Assembly (NCBI GenBank): GCA_947471565.1
Contig: CANIVT010000007.1
Span: 6,909-70,908, forward strand
Reading direction: 5' to 3'
DNA: 64,000 nt
From: Spartobacteria bacterium
GTDB taxonomy: Bacteria; Verrucomicrobiota; Verrucomicrobiia; Chthoniobacterales; UBA6821
The notes under the pieces were generated by a model that saw only the letters and a list, made by a program, of their open reading frames with translations, was not told the origin of the DNA and did not search any database. This document shows positions 7,162 to 13,626 of the stretch, piece after piece. The stretch's first letter is position 1; each line of letters opens with the position of its first letter. A program made the position numbers and the translations under genes.

Positions 7162-8133
7162 CTACCGAAACAACTCCAGCTGGTTTCCTCCCCCCAGGGC
7201 GAGGGCATCGATTCCCAGGGCACGAAGGTCGCCGGCAAACTCCTCGGTGAAGCCGTGCACCGTGAAGACCTTCTTGGCACCTGTCTCCTCCACATGCTCG
7301 ATGAGTTCCCCGTGATCCGCATGATCTGACAGGGGGAAAGCCGCATCACACCGGTTGCGATAGATGGCGCTTGAGTCCATGGCCCAGCCACTGATCACGG
7401 CACTGCGGCTCTTCTCAACCTTCTGGCCAGAGAGCCGGGTGTTCGGCGGAATGATCAGCACCTTCCCTGTATGGTTCTTGCCGTCCCAGAGGGTGTACTT
7501 ACCGAGATCGACTCCGTGCTTCCCGTAGACAGCACTCATCACGCCCACGGAACGATGAACCGCCACCTCCATCGCTGATCCGGCGAGGATAGCGAGGAGT
7601 TCCTGGGATTTCCCCAGAGAATAGGCGAGCAGGATTGGTGTCACCCCCTCCGAGAGGGACTGCCTGCAAAAATTCAGGATCTCCTCCCTAACCCGCTCCA
7701 CGGGAGGAAAGGCGTAGCGAAGGTGGCCGAAGGTGCATTCCATCACGAGCGTCCCGGCCTTTGCCGAGGCTGCCTCCTCGCAGGTCAGGCTCTCCCGACG
7801 CTTGAAGTCCCCCGTGTAGAGCAGCCTCCCCTCCTCCGTTTCCACGAGCACCTGCGCCGAGCCGAGGATGTGACCCGCCGGAAGGAGGGTGATCCTCGCC
7901 CTATCCGTGCAGTAGGTTTCCCCGTAATCCAATTCGATCAGGGTGCATCCCGATGGAACAGGCTTCCTGGCCTTCATGAGATCAATCGTGGCAAAGCTCG
8001 CGATCGTGACCGTGTGCCACCCCGCATGATCACTGTGAGCATGGGAGACCACGGCAAGCGGCACCTTGCGCCTGGGATCCAGCCTCAGATCGCATCCGGG
8101 AAGGTGGATGCCGTTCCCCAGCCGTACGTCCAT
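7162..8133 (-). CDS. MBL-fold exonuclease (ligase-associated DNA damage response exonuclease-like)
   Basis: SHAHSDH, AGHILGSA, YTGDF, LVMECTFG, LSDHAD. Confidence 0.88.
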   Translation of the reverse strand: MDVRLGNGIHLPGCDLRLDPRRKVPLAVVSHAHSDHAGWHTVTIASFATIDLMKARKPVPSGCTLIELDYGETYCTDRARITLLPAGHILGSAQVLVETEEGRLLYTGDFKRRESLTCEEAASAKAGTLVMECTFGHLRYAFPPVERVREEILNFCRQSLSEGVTPILLAYSLGKSQELLAILAGSAMEVAVHRSVGVMSAVYGKHGVDLGKYTLWDGKNHTGKVLIIPPNTRLSGQKVEKSRSAVISGWAMDSSAIYRNRCDAAFPLSDHADHGELIEHVEETGAKKVFTVHGFTEEFAGDLRALGIDALALGGGNQLELFR

Positions 8134-8146
8134 GGCTAAAAAGCTA

Positions 8147-9064
8147 TTATCCACAGAAGACATTTCTTCTGTGCCATCCGAGATGTTCTTCGGACGGACG
8201 GAGCATCACCCCATCTAGAAAGTGTAATGGCGCACCGTTCCGAGACTTCAGCCAAGACGCCTCAGGACCCCACTCTGTGAAAACCGTAGGTGCGACACAG
8301 ACACGCTTACTCTCATCAACTGTCCATAGTCCTTCATCAAACATCCAATGCGCATCACGGGTTAGAGCAAGCCCGTTATCGGGATTGTCATTCCGGCTCT
8401 TTGAGAATGCGTGGACATGTGCAGCCTCCACAAGAGTCGCCCCTTTGGAGGTATGGCATCCATAACCAGTGAGAGCGCATGAAAATCTATATTGCGTGAC
8501 CACGACGATCCGGAACCGTGCATCTCTGCCTTTAGACTGATACTCTTGGGAATCTTCCCGCAATTTAAACGCAGCCTTCTGGGCCTCGGCCTTGCCAATG
8601 CCCATGGCTGCAAGTAATCCCTGCTGCTCATGATCAGGAAACCAGCTACGAATAAGTATAAACCTAGCAAGACGCCTAAACGAAGCATCTTGGAGGATCT
8701 CAAAGAAATCCCTGTTGAAACGAACTGATGTTGTAGTATCTGCGGAGTTACTCACTTTTCTATCCAGCCGGAGAGGATCCCAGAAGCCCTGACTTCCTAG
8801 ATGATGAAAAGGAAGATCTAAGCCAGGCCGTCCACCCCACCGCGATTGCACAAGGGACCAATACGAGTCAAACCTTAGACGAAGCTCAGGAGATTTTCCC
8901 AGATTTTGATTTGCTAACTCAGAACTATCTGCCAAATCCAGAATGCATAGCAAAAGGAGGGGTTTGTGAGGGGCAAATCGAGCATTCCCGTTGCCCCTGG
9001 AATTACTAACGTTAGGGCGAAGCTTTTGTAGACGCCCTAACCATAGCTGCTGATTTGCATTCAT
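8147..9064 (-). CDS. HNH endonuclease with an SBD-like N-terminus (putative type IV restriction enzyme)
   Basis: PHKPLLLL..LPFHHL N-domain; EAAHV..DNGLALTRDAHWMFDEG HNH; looks AT-richer than the flanks. Confidence 0.82.
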   Translation of the reverse strand: MNANQQLWLGRLQKLRPNVSNSRGNGNARFAPHKPLLLLCILDLADSSELANQNLGKSPELRLRFDSYWSLVQSRWGGRPGLDLPFHHLGSQGFWDPLRLDRKVSNSADTTTSVRFNRDFFEILQDASFRRLARFILIRSWFPDHEQQGLLAAMGIGKAEAQKAAFKLREDSQEYQSKGRDARFRIVVVTQYRFSCALTGYGCHTSKGATLVEAAHVHAFSKSRNDNPDNGLALTRDAHWMFDEGLWTVDESKRVCVAPTVFTEWGPEASWLKSRNGAPLHFLDGVMLRPSEEHLGWHRRNVFCG

Positions 9065-9129
9065 TAGTACATTCTTTGCAGTAATTTGGTTGTCCAAGAA
9101 CACTTATCTTGCATGTGTGTTTTTATTAC

Positions 9130-9216
9130 GAGACTCGGGAGATCGGATGGAGAGCAAGGCGTGAGAGCGAAGCTGTAGTGAACTACTGCGAGCGAACGAC
9201 AACACAGCTATCCGCC
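9130..9216 (+). repeat. ~87-bp structured dispersed repeat, copy 1
   Basis: 37/50 identity to 12105-12154; shared GGATGGAGAGC and GTAG-loop-CTAC stem. Confidence 0.8.
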
Positions 9217-9737
9217 GATATCCCGAGTCTAACTGATTTGGCCCATTGGAGGGAGCTTTTCACCACCTTCCCCTCTCTATTCACGGTCCCCCTGATCTCC
9301 TGAAGAAGCCCTCTGTATTCTCCAAGAATCCTCAGCGCATCCTCGCCCATCGCCCTTCCCTCAAAGAGCTCCCGGGGTCTTGACTGGAAATCCAATCCGG
9401 CCTGCACGTCCCGAGACATCAGGGGGACTCCCAGGTCAGCATTAGAGAGGAGTAATCTGCGATCCAGATCTACCTCCACAGAGCACCCCTCTATCAGGGA
9501 TAACTCCCCTCCCCCTAGGTCGAGATGGAGGATGGAAATCATCTTCCGCTCCAGATCCCAAAGATCACCGAGCTTCTCCTCAGAGACGCCGAGATTCCGT
9601 AGATCACGAATCTTCCTCAGGAAGGCCTCGTAGCACTCGGGGTACTGCTCAAGAACAGGGAGACCGAACCTTTTACGCATCCTGCTGATCCAGAGGACGG
9701 GGCGGCCGAGCTTTTCTGACAGTTCAGATAGGGTCAT
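9183..9737 (-). CDS. hypothetical protein (N-terminus possibly HTH-like)
   Basis: 184-aa ORF; its 5' end recurs as a diverged copy at 10390-10445. Confidence 0.7.
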   Translation of the reverse strand: MTLSELSEKLGRPVLWISRMRKRFGLPVLEQYPECYEAFLRKIRDLRNLGVSEEKLGDLWDLERKMISILHLDLGGGELSLIEGCSVEVDLDRRLLLSNADLGVPLMSRDVQAGLDFQSRPRELFEGRAMGEDALRILGEYRGLLQEIRGTVNREGKVVKSSLQWAKSVRLGISADSCVVVRSQ

Positions 9738-9747
9738 TGAGGGAGGC
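9692..9747 (-). repeat. 56-bp direct repeat, copy A (5' end of the 9183-9737 gene)
   Basis: 46/56 identical to 10390-10445. Confidence 0.88.
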
Positions 9748-9776
9748 GCTGGCAGCGCGGTTAAAAAGTGAAACGT

Positions 9777-9876
9777 TGGAAGGTTACAAGGTAAGAACCA
9801 GATCCGTGAGTTTGGAATCCTACAACCTCACCTGGGTCACCAAGTGTCCTAGGGAAGCGCTGGAAGGTTACAAGGT
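9777..9876 (+). repeat. two exact 16-mers TGGAAGGTTACAAGGT
   Basis: at 9777-9792 and 9861-9876. Confidence 0.8.
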
Positions 9877-9934
9877 GGGGCTGAAATACCCTGTTCACCT
9901 TGATTTCAGTGTCATCTAATCGTAATGTCGCACA

Positions 9935-10132
9935 ATGAGTATTCAGGAAATCGAAACCGCTGTGGCGAATCTCTCGCCTGAGGAGCTTTCCGTCTTCTCC
10001 GGATGGTTTGAGGAGTTCGTCGCGGACCAGTGGGACCGTCAGATCGAGCGTGATGCGGCGGCCGGGCGCCTGAATGAAGTACTGGAACAGGCCAAACAAC
10101 ATCGGGAAGCGGGTCGCTGTATCCAGCTTTGA
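9935..10132 (+). CDS. putative antitoxin
   Basis: MSIQEIETAVANLSPEEL..WDRQIERDAAAGRL; promoter TTGATT-N17-TAATGT-6 nt-ATG. Confidence 0.8.
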   Translation: MSIQEIETAVANLSPEELSVFSGWFEEFVADQWDRQIERDAAAGRLNEVLEQAKQHREAGRCIQL

Positions 10133-10389
10133 ACCACTACGCCGACCCGGATTTCTGGGAAGCCTATAACAGGCTTCCCGACGTTGTTCGCGAACTTGCT
10201 GATAAGAACTTTGCCCTACTGAAGTCCGATCCCTCGCATCCCTCCCTTCGACTGAAGAGGATCGGGCCGCTCCATTCGGTGCGGGTGGGACTTCACTACC
10301 GTGCACTGGCCTCGGATCACCCAGATGGTCTGCAATGGTTCTGGATCGGTCACCACGCCGACTACGACCGCCTAATCTCCGGGAAATAG
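10129..10389 (+). CDS. RelE/ParE/HigB-like toxin
   Basis: FWEAYNRLP..LLKSDPSHPSL..SVRVGLHYRALA..WFWIGHHADYDRL; TTG start overlaps the upstream stop. Confidence 0.82.
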   Translation: MNHYADPDFWEAYNRLPDVVRELADKNFALLKSDPSHPSLRLKRIGPLHSVRVGLHYRALASDHPDGLQWFWIGHHADYDRLISGK

Positions 10390-10445
10390 AGAGTACGGGG
10401 CGGCCTAGTCGTTCTGAGAGATCTGAAAGGATCATTGAGGGAGGC
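10390..10445 (-). repeat. 56-bp direct repeat, copy B (orphan gene start MILSDLSERLGRPVL)
   Basis: diverged copy of MTLSELSEKLGRPVL. Confidence 0.88.
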
Positions 10446-10545
10446 TGTTGGGGAAGGCTGTTGGGGAAGGCTGTTAGGCTGAAGGCTCTTTGGCTGAAGG
10501 CTGAAGGCTGAAGGCTGTTAGGAGAAACTGAAGGGGAGATGGCAA
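10441..10545 (+). repeat. tandem AGGCTGA/AGGCTGTT heptamer-type repeats
   Basis: gaggctgttggggaaggctgtt...ggctgaaggctgaaggctgaaggctgttagg. Confidence 0.9.
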
Positions 10546-10608
10546 CTAGGAGTTGAGGTCGAGCGTGCCGAAGTTGACGGGGGCTGGATGTAGTAGTAGG
10601 GGTGAAAG

Positions 10609-10824
10609 ATGACTGTCGCTGAGCTCCGCCTGCTGCCATCGGCTGAAAAGCTGAAGATCATTGAAGCCCTCTGGGGTGATCTGGCTGCGGATAGCGACTC
10701 CTTTGAAAGCCCCTCCTGGCATGGTGAGGAACTCCTCAAGACGGAGGTCGCACTGACGTCAGGCACAGTTGAGGTCTTGGATTGGCAGGCTGCCAAGAAG
10801 GAGCTTCGGGCCAGATTTGAATGA
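10609..10824 (+). CDS. addiction-module antitoxin (TIGR02574-like)
   Basis: LPSAEKLKIIEALWGDL..SPSWHGEEL..DWQAAKKELR. Confidence 0.88.
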   Translation: MTVAELRLLPSAEKLKIIEALWGDLAADSDSFESPSWHGEELLKTEVALTSGTVEVLDWQAAKKELRARFE

Positions 10825-11120
10825 GGATCAAGATTCTGAGGTCAGCCCTTGAGGATCTGGCCACAGCAAGGGAGTTCTACGACAGCCAATCCGATGGGAT
10901 TGGAGACTATTTTTTCGATTCTCTTTTCTCCGAGATTGATTCCCTGACTTTGTACGCAGGGATCCATCCGCTCAGATTCGGATACCACCGGATGGTGGTG
11001 CAGAGATTCCCCTACTGCATCTACTATCGCATCTCGGATGAGGTGGCGACGGTGTTCCGGGTGCTCGATGCCCGCAGGAATCCCTCCTGGATCAGAAGAA
11101 GTCTGAGTGAACAACGCTGA
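10821..11120 (+). CDS. RelE/ParE family toxin
   Basis: ALEDLATAREFY..FPYCIYYRI..VFRVLDARRNP. Confidence 0.9.
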   Translation: MRIKILRSALEDLATAREFYDSQSDGIGDYFFDSLFSEIDSLTLYAGIHPLRFGYHRMVVQRFPYCIYYRISDEVATVFRVLDARRNPSWIRRSLSEQR

Positions 11121-11140
11121 GCAGGTCGTCGACGCGCTCA

Positions 11141-11926
11141 TTACTCTCCCTTGGCGAGTCGCGCAGCGTTGTGCGCCGGAAGGCCGGCTTTCTTGAACCG
11201 GGCCCGGGCTTTGCCGATGTCGTAGCTCACACGGCGCATGAGCAGGAGCCGCTGCTCGTAATCGTAGAGTGCGTAGGAGGCGCGTGGGTCGCCATCGCGA
11301 GACTGTCCCACCGAGCCAACATTGACGGTGTAGCGTTTGGAGGGATCCAGGAGGATGGGCTTCTCTCCGGGGGTGAGGCATCGGACGCCGAAGGTCTCCG
11401 GGTTCTCCTCCCAGATGCCGGGAACATGAGTATGTCCGTTGAAGCTGATGAAAGTGCTCTGGGCGGCGAAGTGGGCCTCGGCCTCCGTGGTCTCATGGAT
11501 GTAGTGAAACTCCGGTGGCTCGTTCAGCGAAGCGTGGGACAGGGTGATGGGATCGAGATTCACGGTGATGGGGAGATCCCTGAGCCAGCCAAGCTCGGCT
11601 TTGCTGACCTGCTCCTTGGCGATCTGCAGCGGTTTGCGGACAGGCACATCCCAGTCCTCCTCGAGGATCTTGTCCGCCAGCAGCAGCATGGCCTCGTGGT
11701 TACCCAGAACGGTGACTGCACAGAGGTCCATTACTTTCCTCACGCATGCTCCGGGCTCCGGTCCGTATCCGACGATGTCGCCCAGACAGAGGATCCCCCT
11801 GACCGGAAAGTCACGGAGATCCGCCAGGACCGCCTCGAGGGCGTCGAGGTTGGCATGGATGTCACTGATGAGGGCGAAGAAGTTATGGGTTGGGGTGGTT
11901 GTTTTGGCTTTTTGGGGTATGGGCAT
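11141..11926 (-). CDS. calcineurin-like metallophosphoesterase
   Basis: ISDIHAN, LGDIVGYG, LGNHE, GHTH, NVGSVGQSRDGDPRA. Confidence 0.93.
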   Translation of the reverse strand: MPIPQKAKTTTPTHNFFALISDIHANLDALEAVLADLRDFPVRGILCLGDIVGYGPEPGACVRKVMDLCAVTVLGNHEAMLLLADKILEEDWDVPVRKPLQIAKEQVSKAELGWLRDLPITVNLDPITLSHASLNEPPEFHYIHETTEAEAHFAAQSTFISFNGHTHVPGIWEENPETFGVRCLTPGEKPILLDPSKRYTVNVGSVGQSRDGDPRASYALYDYEQRLLLMRRVSYDIGKARARFKKAGLPAHNAARLAKGE

Positions 11927-11929
11927 GGT

Positions 11930-12000
11930 GAAAATAGGCTCTTAGGCTGAAAGCTCTTAGACTGAAGACTGTTAGGAGGAGCTGAAGGGGAGCTGGGTAA
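11930..12000 (+). repeat. heptamer-like intergenic repeat
   Basis: aaaataggctcttaggctgaaagctcttagactgaagactgttagg. Confidence 0.8.
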
Positions 12001-12104
12001 TGGGGGCGCGTGAAAAACACACACCTCTACCCTTAGGGGAATGAGTCAGAAGTTCTCGCCCGGCTCTTGTGAGTGGAGGTTTTCATTATCGGGATCTGCA
12101 ATTT

Positions 12105-12192
12105 GAGGCTCGCAAGCTTGGATGGAGAGCTAGGCGGTCAAGTGAAGGCGTAGTAGTCCTACGCCGAACACAGACCAACGCGGCTATTCGCC
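12105..12192 (+). repeat. ~87-bp structured dispersed repeat, copy 2
   Basis: GGCGTAG-TAGTC-CTACGCC stem; similar to 9130-9216. Confidence 0.8.
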
Positions 12193-12215
12193 AAGATCGT
12201 GAGACTCACACCTCC

Positions 12216-12464
12216 TTAGTCCTCGTAGTGGACGGCCTCGCACAGGAGGCTATCCCTCAAGACCCGGGCAATGCCCGAGTCGCTGGTGTGGAGGCTGCGG
12301 CGCACCCGGCGCTTGGTGTGGTCGGGCAAGTGCTCGGTGTAGTGGACCCACCAAGTGCCATTATTATTCCAAAAATGGTGAAATGGGTTAGCTGTGGTCC
12401 TGATGGAGAGGACCGGCCTGTCGATGGTTGCTGTGCTCGGGTGGATTGTATTCGATGCGCTCAT
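12216..12464 (-). CDS. small hypothetical protein resembling an integrase arm-type DNA-binding domain
   Basis: 82 aa; HHFWNNNGTWWVHY..KRRVRRSLHTSDSGIARVLRD. Confidence 0.7.
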   Translation of the reverse strand: MSASNTIHPSTATIDRPVLSIRTTANPFHHFWNNNGTWWVHYTEHLPDHTKRRVRRSLHTSDSGIARVLRDSLLCEAVHYED

Positions 12465-12506
12465 GTCGGTGTTTCAGTTGGTTGAAACACCAGGAACCCG
12501 GGCAAC

Positions 12507-12548
12507 AAAAAAGCGCCTCCTTGATCGGATGATCAGGAAAGGCGCTTT
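12507..12548 (-). terminator. intrinsic terminator in the 5' leader of the 12216-12464 gene
   Basis: AAAGCGCCTTTCCTGATC/GATCAAGGAGGCGCTTT followed by a T run. Confidence 0.85.
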
Positions 12549-12684
12549 CGAGAAGCCTGGAGAGATTTTTGTTCGGAGGATTTCTCCCTCCGCACATCGA
12601 CCGGCTTTCACCGATCAGCCACCGTGGGATTTCTCCGTCCCCGGTTGGCATCCTTTGGTATCACCCAAAGGCATTCCTGATGCT
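12549..12684 (-). ncRNA. putative riboswitch/attenuator-like leader RNA (unassigned)
   Basis: four consecutive hairpins, three with GAAA loops, between a sigma70 promoter and a terminator. Confidence 0.55.
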
Positions 12685-12690
12685 GATACT

Positions 12691-12719
12691 TGTATAGCAG
12701 AGGGCGACCGGGCTTGCAA
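12691..12719 (-). promoter_or_regulatory. sigma70 promoter (extended -10)
   Basis: TTGCAA-N17-TATACA with TG upstream of the -10. Confidence 0.7.
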
Positions 12720-12751
12720 GTCGGCAAGCCATGCCCTGTGTGTCATAGAGG

Positions 12752-12916
12752 CTATGCCCCCACGATCGAGAAGAACCTTTTGAGGATGCCTCGGGCCATC
12801 CGTCGTGTGGCGCTCTCGGGGAGGGCCTCCTGCCGGATCCGTGTGGAGCGTTTCTCATCGGCCCATTGCCAAAGGTTTCCCTCGGGGAGGTGGATGCGTT
12901 TGGTGGCGGTTTTCAT
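12752..12916 (-). CDS. 54-aa basic small protein downstream of lexA (not in the ORF track)
   Basis: MKTATKRIHLPEGNLWQWADEKR...ILKRFFSIVGA; preceded by an A/C-rich leader (..ACACACC-ATG) like that of the 24523 gene. Confidence 0.5.
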   Translation of the reverse strand: MKTATKRIHLPEGNLWQWADEKRSTRIRQEALPESATRRMARGILKRFFSIVGA

Positions 12917-12944
12917 GGTGTGTCTTGGGTTGGAAAAATGAAGG

Positions 12945-13556
12945 TCACGGAGTGGCCGTGCGGATGAGTGCGCGGAAGACTCCCTGGATCACGAGTTCGT
13001 GCGCTGGGATCAGGTCTGGGTAATCGGGATTCTCGGCACGCAGGAAGGGCCGGCCGGCCTCGACGAGGTAGCGCTTGAGCGTGACGGCGCCGTCGATCAG
13101 CGCGGCGACGATGTCGCGGTGGCGTGGCTCCGCGATCTCGAGGATGACGGTGTCGCGGTTAAGGATGCCGGCCCCGATCATGGAGTCCCCCCTCACCTCG
13201 AGGGCGAAGGTCCGTGAGTTCCCGGGCAAGCGGACCATCGAGGGAACAACCTGGAGTGTTCTCTCGGAATCCTGCTCCTGTCCCTCGGGGATTCCGGCGG
13301 GGATCATGCCGTAGAGGGGGATCTCCAGAAATTCCGGTCTCGGCCTGAAATCGCGCAGCACGATGTTCCGGGAGCGGCCCGACTCGCGGCGGATGACCCC
13401 TTTTTTCTCCATCAGGTCGAGGTGGCTCGCGACGGTCGCCGGGGACCGGAATCCAAAGCGGGTCATGATCTCCCGGACCGAGGGAATGCTACCGCGATCC
13501 TCCGCGTGGGAGCGGATGAAAGAGAGGATTTCGTTCTGTCGGGCCGTGAGAGTCAT
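12945..13556 (-). CDS. lexA: LexA repressor
   Basis: LTARQNEIL, PSVREI, SPATVASHL, IPAG cleavage site, VRGDSM, TLKR. Confidence 0.96.
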   Translation of the reverse strand: MTLTARQNEILSFIRSHAEDRGSIPSVREIMTRFGFRSPATVASHLDLMEKKGVIRRESGRSRNIVLRDFRPRPEFLEIPLYGMIPAGIPEGQEQDSERTLQVVPSMVRLPGNSRTFALEVRGDSMIGAGILNRDTVILEIAEPRHRDIVAALIDGAVTLKRYLVEAGRPFLRAENPDYPDLIPAHELVIQGVFRALIRTATP

Positions 13557-13560
13557 ATGC

Positions 13561-13574
13561 CGTACATTTGTTCG
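13561..13574 (-). promoter_or_regulatory. candidate LexA box CGAAC-AAAT-GTACG
   Basis: near-palindrome 4 nt upstream of the lexA ATG. Confidence 0.55.
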
Positions 13575-13626
13575 GTATCTGAAAAACGAGTGCCCCGCAA
13601 GGGTTTTTTCAGCCATCCTCTCCCTC

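Noticed and set aside
10441-10545. CRISPR array
   Set aside because: Short tandem 7-8-mers without unique spacers; no cas genes.
9761-10639. 292-aa minus-strand ORF
   Set aside because: A composite of heptamer repeats, the orphan gene start and antisense of the TA pair; not a coherent protein.
1-12200. Integron (attC cassette array)
   Set aside because: No intI gene; the repeats lack RYYYAAC...GTTRRRY ends; cassettes face both directions.
12549-12684. Glycine or c-di-GMP-I riboswitch assignment
   Set aside because: Only fragments resemble the consensus (AATCTCTCCAGG; GGGGACGG); the other conserved cores are missing.
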